Below are positions 10,669 to 20,405 of a stretch of 64,000 bases of DNA, piece by piece. The translations under genes and the position numbers were made by a program. Each line of letters opens with the position of its first letter. Within the stretch, counting starts at the first letter, position 1. Under the pieces are notes generated by a model. The model worked only from the letters and a program-made list of their open reading frames with translations, was not told the DNA's origin and searched no databases. Source of the stretch: Strigamia acuminata (lineage: Eukaryota); NCBI GenBank assembly GCA_949358305.1, contig OX442314.1:28582001-28646000 (forward strand), written 5' to 3'.

Positions 10669-13600
10669 TGTGGTGAGCAAAAGGGATAAATATTCCCCCC
10701 AAGCGGATATTTGCCCTTTGACTCACTGCAACAGACGGGTCATTCCTCTCGTGTTGGCTCCGCCTCTCTCTGAGCAGGTGTGTGCCCCGAGGGGAGTGAG
10801 GTGTCGGGTGGCAAGCCCCCATTGGCTGCGCCGGCCCCTCACACTGACCCATAAAAGGGAGAAATTCCCGCCAAAAGACAGAACTTACACAAACGACACC
10901 AAGAACACAGCAACTACCTCACCGTCAGGCCAACTTCAACTACAAGTTAGGATTGATCGAGGATCGCTGAGTAAAGTGCGAACTGTAACTCTCACGAAGT
11001 CACTTGCGAGCTATTCCTGCGAAAGCACGAGAATAGCCCTTGTGAAATCACCCAGAATAATCGCCCAGACGATTATTCGCCGAAGTAAGTGTCCAAGTGC
11101 TTTGTAGGGAACCCCAAAGTTCCTAGACGAGGCCTCTGCGACGCTAAACCAAACCCTAGACAACAGGCACGGATAGAAGACTCGAAAGAGCATTCCACCG
11201 CGTCCGTGAAGACGAATCCGTGACGAATTAACGACAACTCGAGACGCCGCCTTTGTTCCGCCGACCACGCGGAATCGACGACGCCATCTTGAGAAATCCT
11301 TTGTTCGACGCTGACCACGTCGACTCTAGAATTATTACTGAGTGTATTTTAAAGGCATAAAGCCTGGTGAATAAATTACCTGTTTATTTACATACATTTG
11401 GTATTCATTTGGGTATTTACATAATTGATCACAGGTAACGTATTACACGTTAGCGCTATTTAAACCTATACAAAGTAGGACGCGACACGTGGGGGCCTGG
11501 CCGGGATTTAGAAATAAATCTCAAACTGAACTTGTGATCTCTTTTAAAAATAACCAAATGAAAATGTCAGACAAAGATGAACAATCCGCGTCTGAAACCG
11601 AGCAACCTATGCTCAAAAAGGGAAACAGAACCTCCGACTATCACCAAAGGTCGGACGGTCCAGTTCCGGAACAATCCGCTAAGGCGAAAGCCCGAGCGAA
11701 CAAACAAAAAGTGAAGGCGCAGAAAGAGGAGCAAGCTGCCTCGCTCACAGCCCCCCATGGGGCAGAGCGAGAGCGGATTCCCTTGAATACGCAGAAAGAG
11801 GAGCAAGCTGCCTCGCTCACAGCCCCCCCTGGGCCAGAGCGAGAGCGGGTTCCCTTAAATACGCAAACCTTCGAAGATACCGATACAGAAGTTCCAGAAA
11901 ATTGCGAAGAAATTCACGAACAATCAACCGAACGAGTATCGATATTAGTGGCCGAGGAGACACACAAAACTCCGAGGCAAACAAATACCATCAGCACCAA
12001 CCCATCGCCACCAGTGGATCAAACTCTTGTGCGAGACCAGGGCGGGACCCCGATAACTTCCCACGTTACGGCGAGGCCTGCCTCGGTTTCCCCTGAAGTG
12101 GCCCATTTAATACGGCTAGAACAAACTCCGCGGCGAGGCAGGAGCAGGACCCCGATAACCCCCCAGGTTACGGTGCGACCTGCTTCAGTCTCTCCCGAGA
12201 TAGCCCACCTGATACGGCTAACACAACAAGCGACCCGACTGAAAGCAGCGATAGACATTCCAGTAGGGACGTCGGTCTGGGAATCGATTACTCTACTCAC
12301 TGATGCTATCTGTATGGCCCAAGCCGCAACGCCAGTCGCAACACCAGCAGCGGAGACGCCCATGCAACAAGAAACGCCAAGTGAAATAGGCGGTTTTGTA
12401 CCCGACCCCCAAAAAGCCCTTTACAAAGCCCGCGAAAAGGCTCGAGAAGAAGCGAGATTGGAAACAATAAATCGGCAAAGAAAATTGAGCGCAAAAAGAA
12501 GACAACTTTGGAGGGAAGAAGAAGAAAAACAACAACGCGACAAAAGGACAGCCGAGCGAACGGAAAGAATAATACAAAAAATGAGAGGAGACCAGGAAGC
12601 CGAGATAAAGCAAGAATGGAACGTCACCGTAGAAGGAAAGCATAAAAAAGCCCAAGACTACAAGGACCAATTCCGAGAACTCCTGGCGCAACATAAAATG
12701 GAAAAGCTGCAAAAATTACGAGAAGAAGCCATAATTCAGCACCAAAAGTGGGAAGAACAATACCATGAAAGAATGAAAGCTGAAAAGGCTAGAAAGGAAA
12801 AAGAACAATTCCTGAGAGAGCAGGAAGAATGGGAGCGAGAAAGATGGAGAGAAGAATATGAAGCTAAAAAACAAGCTATAATTGATGAACAGAAAAGATG
12901 GGAAGCCGAGAATTGGAAAAAAGAAACAGAGAAATTCCAAAGAAAATACGAACAAGACATTTCGAAGAGAAATAAAAGAGAGAAAGACCAAAAAATGAAC
13001 CAAAAGCCCGCCTGTGGCTCTGACATCGAAACAAGAAAGCGCAGAACAAAGCCAACGAAAGCGGCAAAATTAGGAAGATCCCAAGAGGAAGACCGACTGG
13101 AACCGAAATCAAGAGACCGTCACCCCTCGAAGAGATCCGAAACTGGAGCGACCACTAATGCTTCACTCGATTGGAAGAATACAAATAAGGACCGCGAAGG
13201 CCCAGAGAATGAAGAAACTAAATGGCATTCTTTTTGTGGGAGCAGCGACGGAAGGGAGCCGCCGCCATCCGGAAGCCAGAAAAAGCCACAAGATGGCGAT
13301 GAAGTTCCACCTAGAGGAGCGGAGAATCGCCCCCATGGCAACCCCTCCGACCCCTCCGACTCGTCGGACGACGACCACCCAAGTCGGTTGTCCACGAGAG
13401 GAAATCAAACGGGCAGGGACGGCGACCAACGCCGACCCGACCCCACGAGCACCTCCAACCAATCTTTCTGGAGCTGTCATCCTCGCTCGCAAAAGAGAAA
13501 GGATTTCGTAACCAATCCCAAGCCGCACGCTGACAAACAAACGACAAAGGACAATAGAAAGGAAACATCGAGTAGAACTAAAACACTACTAAGTTGCCTC

Positions 13601-16600
13601 AAGTCTGAATTTGAAAATTATAAACACAAGCCAAAGAAAAAAGCTCGAGACAGAAACGCAACGCTCCTTTCACGTCCAAGTTACACCGAAGTAACGAGCG
13701 AGGTCGGCCAATTGACCAAGCTGTTAACGAAAGCGTCAGACGACAGGACTGCACAGGAAAAGAATTTAACAAAAATAGTCTTTTCTTTTTCGGGAAGAAT
13801 AAACTGCGACCAAAACAAAAATAAAACGCTAAACAATGTACGGGTTTCTACACTGACTCCACCGCCAATCGTGAATATTTGTGACGAGCATGGACAAACA
13901 AATAAGGCAGAGCAAGCAATATTAGAACCAATGGAAAAAATTAAAGATTTGTTGCCAAAAAATTTGAATGACAAACCAGAGCGTTTGCAAGATGACCAAT
14001 CAAGTCCTCATCAGGAAACTGACCAACAAAAACAGCCCGACGTGACTCCAGCCCAACCGGAGCAAGCGATTTCGGAGAGAGAGGAAGCAGAAGAAAGCAC
14101 TTCTGAAAATGATAAAACGCATCATCCTCACTGTGCCAAACAGAAATGCGACGAACATCATCCCGAGCGAGAAGACAGACAATGGAATCGATTGTTACCT
14201 CCAATGAACAAATATAAAGGCACCCCCTGTCTAAATGAAAGCAAAAAACTAAAAGACTGCGTTCAGGAGCCTAATCAATCAAGCACGTTGCATAATCCCA
14301 AAGTTGACTGTCAAATTAGGGCCTCTGCACGCAGCCTGATAAAAACCAGAGCAACGGTGAAACAAAAACAGCTAGGAAAAAGGGCTCAACCATCTCCAGT
14401 TGGGACGTTACAAACTCCTCAAGTTACTAAACCCATCAGAAAGAAAAACCAAAAAGAGAAACGAAAAAAGACAAGAGAAAAAAGGAACCGACCGGCGCAG
14501 AGTCAAGCGGCCAATTGTGAACCATTTGCAATGAAGCGCCGACCGCCCGATCTCACTATGAGGTGCCACAATAAAGAGTTTGTTGCTAACCGCTCCTTCT
14601 CAGAGCTCAAGAGAGTGAATCAGTTGGACGAAGACATCTTGGGAGGGGAAGAGATAAAGAAAGCAACAATAATTTTGGAAGAAAATCAAGAAAAGCCAAA
14701 AATGGAGAAAGGAGCATTAAAAACAGATTGTGAGCAAGACAAACTGTGTCCAAACTTCAAAGACAATTGGAGTGAGCCAGACAACACTAGAATGATAGCA
14801 GTGCAGTCAACTCTGAAGAAACAAATCCTCTGTTTGTTACACGAGCCCCCGCTGACCAGCCACCCAGACAGGATGAGAAAAAACACTTCTTATCTCATTG
14901 GACAATATCCCCAATATGTTGCCACTGGGCGGATTAAGATCTGTGCCCTCGCTAAACGCTTTGCTGTGGAGATCACAGAGAATTTATTCGATGCAGCACT
15001 GAAATTCAAATTCAAGAAAAAAGTATTATCAGACAATGACACGCAATTTGTCTTTCAAATATTCAAAGATTTTGATGGCAAATTAAAAAATATCCCGAGC
15101 AAGACATATGGATATGGGTGCAAGTGGAATCAAAACCTGATTGCACAAAATTTCGACATACTTGAGAGAATTCACAATTTGGAAACGGATATTCCATTCA
15201 CGGACTGTGAAGCTAATGACCATGTTTGGAAAGAAATTCACAAACTGCTCAGTGCAGCCAAGGATACGGCTGCCAGTCAGGCAGTTCAAAGAGGCAGTTC
15301 CGGCACGAGCAGAGCTGGACAGGGCGGCAATACTTACAAACTGCTGCAAATAATAGACAGCTACAAATCAGAGCCTGTGGATGTGGATCGGCTGACACAA
15401 TATCTGCCAGAAGTTTCCCCAAAGACATGGTTAGAAATTCAGTCAAAATCAGAACACATTCACCGCTGCATCAAGACTTTAATAACGCTGCCGACAGAGA
15501 TTGCAAATGAAGAACCAACCACAGTGGGGCCCGGCCGCGCCAAGCACCAGAAACAAAGCAAAGCCGGTACAGCCCCCTCAATCGAAAATTCAATGACGGA
15601 AGCCCCAATAGATGATGAACGACATCTGGTGGAGTTATCAAACGAGAAGTGGGGCAGTCGATTAACCCCAATTGACCCAGTCATCGTTCAGGCGAGAAAT
15701 ATTCGCCCACAAGTCTGTGAGAAGATAAACCCTATCAACATTAACCAGCAACGTGACAATAATACAAACAGCCGGCAGAATCCCAATTGTAACAAACTCA
15801 AGACTTTTCTTCGTGAAATGGAAAACGCCAAAGTCGCCGTCGCCACTTTGTCCAATACGGACTTGGCCCAAGATTGCCATGTAAAACAAGCTATGGCTGT
15901 TTGGACCACCGTTAATCGAGAGGATATAAGCATACCTCCATCAATGAGCGACATGTGGAGCCCAGTTGTCCCCTCGACAAGCAACATCCACTATGGTTTG
16001 ACACACGACAGAGATGGACTGTCTTGGCCAATTACATCAGCTAGCCAACAGCCAACCAGCCCCTGGTGTGTCATTTTACCACTTGCAGTTGAGCCCTCGA
16101 CAACTTCACCATCAACTAACAATCGGGAGCGACAAGACTCATCGCAGAACTCACAGGATCAACAACCCAGAGTACCGAGAACAACAAAGTCAATTCCAAC
16201 TCATACGGCTAGCCCATTTGTACTGACCATTGCCATAGAGACATCGGCCACCCACAACGACAGTGGAACTCTCGTTGTATTCCTCACTCATTGGAGGCGT
16301 ACACAGACCGAAACAACATGCAAACCAAAAAATAAACATGTTTGGTTCTCCATGAGTGAGCAAGTGAACCCACGTTCTATTTCCAACGGAAACCAATTAT
16401 TCCCGACACCACACATCCCGGCTTCAGCCTTAAGTTTTGATTATACGTTACCACGGGCTAAGAGCTGGAGGAGAGTTAGGGATCGCTTGTGAACACCCTG
16501 TGTTCAAAGCTGGGGGAAGGACGTGTGGTGAGCAAAAGGGATAAATATTCCCCCCAAGCGGATATTTGCCTTTTGACTCACTGCAACAGACGGGTCATTC

Positions 16601-17342
16601 CTCTCGTGTTGGCTCCGCCTCTCTCTGAGCAGGTGTGTGCCCGGAGGGGAGTGAGGTGTCGGGTGGCAAGCCCCCATTGGCTGCGCCGGCCCCTCACACT
16701 GACCCATAAAAGGGAGAAATTTCCGCCAAAAGACAGAACTTACACAAACGACACCAAGAACACAGCAACTACCTCACCGTCAGGCCAAATTCAACTACAA
16801 GTTAGGATTGATCGAGGATCGCTGAGTAAAGTGCGAACTGTAACTCTCACGAAGTCACTTGCGAGCTATTCCTGCGAAAGCACGAGAATAGCCCTTGTGA
16901 AATCACCCAGAATAATCGCCCAGACGATTATTCGCCGAAGTAAGTGTCCGAGTGCTTTGTAGGGAACCCCAAAGTTCCTAGACGAGGCCTCTGCGACGCT
17001 AAACCAAACCCTAGACAACAGGCACGGATAGAAGACTCGAAAGAGCATTCCACCGCGTCCGTGAAGACGAATCCGTGACGAATTAACGACAACTCGAGAC
17101 GCCGCCTTTGTTCCGCCGACCACGCGGAATCGACGACGCCATCTTGAGAAATCCTTTGTTCGACGCTGACCACGTCGACTCTAGAATTATTACTGAGTGT
17201 ATTTTAAAGGCATAAAGCCTGGTGAATAAATTACCTGTTTATTTACATACATTTGGTATTCATTTGGGTATTTACATAATTGATCACAGGTAAAGTATTA
17301 CACGTTAGCGCTATTTAAACCTATACAAAGTAGGACGCGACA
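10669..17342 (+). mobile_element. Full-length non-autonomous gypsy-derived LTR element
   Basis: 819-bp LTRs at 10669-11487 and 16524-17342 (about 6 mismatches by eye), TG...CA ends, AGGT TSD, Pro-type PBS TGGGGGCCTGGCCGGGAT at 11490, PPT GGGGGAAGGA at ~16512. Confidence 0.95.
11558..16492 (+). CDS. ~1644-aa ORF: Gag-like N-terminus, coiled-coil/low-complexity middle, eroded integrase-like patches; no recognisable protease, RT or RNase H
   Basis: DYHQRSDGPVP resembles DYHLRSGGPLP, and RPASV and LLSCLKSE match Gag 2349-5432. ILCLLHEPPLTSH and VLSDNDTQF resemble integrase motifs. Confidence 0.75.
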   Translation: MKMSDKDEQSASETEQPMLKKGNRTSDYHQRSDGPVPEQSAKAKARANKQKVKAQKEEQAASLTAPHGAERERIPLNTQKEEQAASLTAPPGPERERVPLNTQTFEDTDTEVPENCEEIHEQSTERVSILVAEETHKTPRQTNTISTNPSPPVDQTLVRDQGGTPITSHVTARPASVSPEVAHLIRLEQTPRRGRSRTPITPQVTVRPASVSPEIAHLIRLTQQATRLKAAIDIPVGTSVWESITLLTDAICMAQAATPVATPAAETPMQQETPSEIGGFVPDPQKALYKAREKAREEARLETINRQRKLSAKRRQLWREEEEKQQRDKRTAERTERIIQKMRGDQEAEIKQEWNVTVEGKHKKAQDYKDQFRELLAQHKMEKLQKLREEAIIQHQKWEEQYHERMKAEKARKEKEQFLREQEEWERERWREEYEAKKQAIIDEQKRWEAENWKKETEKFQRKYEQDISKRNKREKDQKMNQKPACGSDIETRKRRTKPTKAAKLGRSQEEDRLEPKSRDRHPSKRSETGATTNASLDWKNTNKDREGPENEETKWHSFCGSSDGREPPPSGSQKKPQDGDEVPPRGAENRPHGNPSDPSDSSDDDHPSRLSTRGNQTGRDGDQRRPDPTSTSNQSFWSCHPRSQKRKDFVTNPKPHADKQTTKDNRKETSSRTKTLLSCLKSEFENYKHKPKKKARDRNATLLSRPSYTEVTSEVGQLTKLLTKASDDRTAQEKNLTKIVFSFSGRINCDQNKNKTLNNVRVSTLTPPPIVNICDEHGQTNKAEQAILEPMEKIKDLLPKNLNDKPERLQDDQSSPHQETDQQKQPDVTPAQPEQAISEREEAEESTSENDKTHHPHCAKQKCDEHHPEREDRQWNRLLPPMNKYKGTPCLNESKKLKDCVQEPNQSSTLHNPKVDCQIRASARSLIKTRATVKQKQLGKRAQPSPVGTLQTPQVTKPIRKKNQKEKRKKTREKRNRPAQSQAANCEPFAMKRRPPDLTMRCHNKEFVANRSFSELKRVNQLDEDILGGEEIKKATIILEENQEKPKMEKGALKTDCEQDKLCPNFKDNWSEPDNTRMIAVQSTLKKQILCLLHEPPLTSHPDRMRKNTSYLIGQYPQYVATGRIKICALAKRFAVEITENLFDAALKFKFKKKVLSDNDTQFVFQIFKDFDGKLKNIPSKTYGYGCKWNQNLIAQNFDILERIHNLETDIPFTDCEANDHVWKEIHKLLSAAKDTAASQAVQRGSSGTSRAGQGGNTYKLLQIIDSYKSEPVDVDRLTQYLPEVSPKTWLEIQSKSEHIHRCIKTLITLPTEIANEEPTTVGPGRAKHQKQSKAGTAPSIENSMTEAPIDDERHLVELSNEKWGSRLTPIDPVIVQARNIRPQVCEKINPININQQRDNNTNSRQNPNCNKLKTFLREMENAKVAVATLSNTDLAQDCHVKQAMAVWTTVNREDISIPPSMSDMWSPVVPSTSNIHYGLTHDRDGLSWPITSASQQPTSPWCVILPLAVEPSTTSPSTNNRERQDSSQNSQDQQPRVPRTTKSIPTHTASPFVLTIAIETSATHNDSGTLVVFLTHWRRTQTETTCKPKNKHVWFSMSEQVNPRSISNGNQLFPTPHIPASALSFDYTLPRAKSWRRVRDRL

Positions 17343-19963
17343 AGGTGTTGCCATCTAATGCACCAATCGCCATTTATATATTTGCTTCCATATTTCAGCA
17401 ATCTGATGTCGGAACATACTGAACTTTTTGTTCAATGTTACCCGGCATGTTCAATGTTACCCCAGATGACGGTACATAGATAATCAAGCGCTTCCAGAGT
17501 AATTTTCAACTGGTCAAATATTTGATCATACTTTTCCGAAATTCGTTTCACAAGTGTTACACGGTTCATTGGTTTATACGTCGGATTAAATGTTTTAAGA
17601 AGTCGTCGAAACTCATCATCTTCAACTAATCGCAAAGGTTGCCAACGCATGATGATGAAACAAATGACAGCTTCTTCACAATTCTTTTGACTACTGGAAG
17701 TTCGATCTGAAATGGGGAAATTCAGAGTTCCCTGGCTGCCGTGCGATTCCGGATCAATTTCAACTGCTTTACGTTTTTGCGCAGTTGTAATTGATTTCGT
17801 GTGTTGGATAAATTTGTCCAATCGAGCCCCATGCTTAGCGCTAATATGACGTTTCAAATTAGCAGTGGTTCCAGCTGCTACCGAAATCGGCATTCCGCAA
17901 ATAACACATTTGGCAGAAAAGTTCTTCCCATTGAAAGACATGCAACGAAAAAATGTACCGTCATATACTGGTTTCTTACGAATTTCGGTCAACTCCACAG
18001 CTTCAGCTTCCATATTACGATACAAGATCTCGGAAAAAACGATTACGAAAGGGAATTGAATGGCAAACTATTGTTGCAAATCCGTCAAATCCACCAAAAC
18101 AATAAAACACGCAACAGGTTGTCAGGGTAGAATATCACAAGTTGTTTTATTAAATCAAATTACACTCCTTTAATATTAAAAAATTCGTCCATGATTGGCT
18201 GTGACGTAAAACGTCAGGTGAACGAACTAGAAACGAACTAGAACGTAGTTTGCGTCAAAAAAACAAACTTTGTTCGTTTTTTACGTTCTTTCAAAAAGGG
18301 GAACTAGTTTGCATTCGTAGTTCGCGAACTACGAACTAAGTTCGCAAACGCGAACTATTAGTTCTCGTTCGATACAACACTGCCGTTTACGCACACTGAA
18401 AATGTATTTTAAAAAATTCAATAACGTTTTTCAATTTATTTTCAGAGCAAACCGCACTATATAATTATCACTGACGTGACGAGGCCTAATTTAAATTTAA
18501 ATTAAATACTTAAATAAAAAAAGTTATTAATGTATGTAATTATTATTTTTAACGTTTTTCGTTTTTCACAGAGAAAATTGTTAATTGAATTTTTAATTTG
18601 AAATTTTATAAAAAATAACTAAACTTTCGACCTGCAGTGTCGCTAAAATTAATAAGTGACTTGATGTAACTGGTTTTCGGTCACTTGCAACAAAGTTCCC
18701 GTATGGCCTGCAAATCATGATAAGACAATCTCATCACAAGACAAGCGTCTTGGTCCTTCTCCACTCAAAATTCAAACGTGAAATTTAATAATTAAAATAA
18801 AATTATTGACAATAACACCAGGCAAATCTTTATTTTCGAGAAAGTAGAAGCTTTTTAAGATTTCGCTAAGCACCCCCTTATGCTTCACTGCAGCATAATC
18901 TGAAATTAGACCAAAGAGACAAACACTTGTTGTGATCCGGGAGTTTATTTGAATAAATACTTACCTTTTATCCAAATAACTCACAATCGAGATGCCTCTG
19001 TGGGGCTTAAACTCTAATAGCCTGTAAAAATGTGTCTAGGGGTGTTGAAAAATAAGGAATACAGTTTTGATTGAACAAAAATGGTAAATTGTGCTTTATT
19101 CGTGGAAATTACAAATGATTTAGGAAATATAATATATTATTACGAAAATATTAGAGGTTAAATTTAAGACTAAAAAAGGAAGAATTAGAAATGAAATGTG
19201 AGCGGCAGGGTTCACATGAAACAAAGGAAGTTTTCGCACGCAACAAACGGTGTTTGTTGCACACAAAATGGCGAAGCGGACTCGCCTGGAAAAATTTCAC
19301 TGCACGTATGATGGCAAGCTCCGGAAGAACTCGGCGGTGGCTTACAGTCGCTTACGATGGTTCACGGCAAGTGTGGGTGCTGTGACCGTATCGGTGAGTC
19401 CTAGATAGTTCAACGGGACTCACGATAACCGACGGTGAGCGGTTTCTTGGGCGTTACTCAAGATTTGTACAAGTGCGTGTAACAGACAGTGCCTGTTACA
19501 CACGAGCGCAAATGTGGCTGGTTCCACTGGAAACTCAGTGGAAACAGCAGAGTCTCAACTCACCAAACGATACACTATCAATACCTGAAGTTCTGGGTGA
19601 TTCAAAGCAGTGATGTTGTGTGTTGTTGGTGTGATGTCAAGAGTGAGCAAAACCGCCAAAATTTGGGGTTTTATGCACTCTCTGGTCCTGCGCACTAAAT
19701 GTGCTCAGAAAGCTAATTTTGGTGCAACAAAGGAATTTGTTGCACAAAAATCGTTGCTATTGCACCATATCCCTGGCCAAAATGAGGGTGAAGTGTGCCA
19801 AGGCACACTTCAGTTCTGCGCACAAACTGTGCGCCGTGAGCTCAATTTGGTGCAAAAGTGTGGCAATCCTGCACCTGTAGGCCTGGCACACTTCGGATCT
19901 GCGCAGTAAAGCTGCGCAATTAGCTTGGTTTGGTGGCACCACTCAATCGCCAAATCCTTTTCC

Positions 19964-20357
19964 GGTGCCATTTTGCACAATAAAAGTGCCATTATGCACA
20001 ATAAAAGTGCCATTATGCACATGAAAAATGTCATATTGCACATGAAAAGTGTCATTTTACACATGAAAAGTGCCATTGAACACATGAAAAGTGCCATTTT
20101 ACACATGAAAAGTGCCATTTTACACATGAAAAGTGCCATTGTACACATGAAAACTGCCATTTTACACATGAAAAGTGCCATTTTACACATGAAAAGTGCC
20201 ATTTTACACATGAAAAGTGCCATTTTACACATGAAAAGTGCCATTTTACACATGAAAAGTGCCATTTTACACATGAAAAGTGCCATTTTACACATGAAAA
20301 GTGCCATTTTTCACATGAAAAGTGCCATTGTACACATGAAAAGTGCCGTATTGCACA
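19964..20357. repeat. 21-bp minisatellite (CACATGAAAAGTGCCATTTTA)n, ~19 units, just 3' of the copy-2 stop codon
   Basis: Directly visible; homologous shorter arrays at ~36186-36332 and ~54325-54483. Confidence 0.95.
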
Positions 20358-20405
20358 CATAGATACATACATACTAAGGTAATTATTAATTTTGGGGATA
20401 GGAGA

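Larger units (their letters stand above)
9873..17472. mobile_element. Non-autonomous Tc1/mariner-pogo-type TIR element (~0.92 kb without the nested LTR element)
   Basis: Perfect 23-bp TIR CCGTCATCTGGGGTAACATTGAA (9873-9895 / 17450-17472), TA TSD, internal TGGGGTAAC repeats. Confidence 0.88.
9122..18382 (-). mobile_element. hAT DNA transposon, 3'-truncated, transposase split by nested insertions
   Basis: CAGTGTTG terminus at 18382 with GAACTA subterminal repeats. BED finger (CVIC...NLKRHISAKH) in 17475-18025. Core in 9161-9872 (TADIWTS, TNNASN, RCSAHSINL, TRWNS). Removing the insert restores LDYLCTTADIWTS in frame. Confidence 0.9.

Noticed and set aside
10670..11318. ORFs duplicated at 16489-17173
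   Set aside because: They lie inside the two LTRs; no protein motif.
15940..16300. Possible env remnant at the end of the long ORF (HYGLTHDRDG...W.VILPL)
   Set aside because: Resemblance is only impressionistic; no signal peptide, furin site or TM anchor seen. Needs an HHpred search.
19191..19909. Short ORFs repeated at 35434-36117 and 54559-55279, including a zinc-finger-like FHCTYDG
   Set aside because: Recurrence only reflects the segmental duplication; frames and indels differ between copies and the C2H2 pattern is incomplete. Possibly an old TE remnant.
19964..20357. Possible CRISPR-like array
   Set aside because: Head-to-tail repeats with no unique spacers, eukaryotic context, no cas genes.
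19810..20372. Repetitive ORFs (MALFMCK)n, (HMKSAIL)n, (WHFSCVK)n
   Set aside because: Artefacts of a 21-bp minisatellite that lacks stops; length varies between copies.
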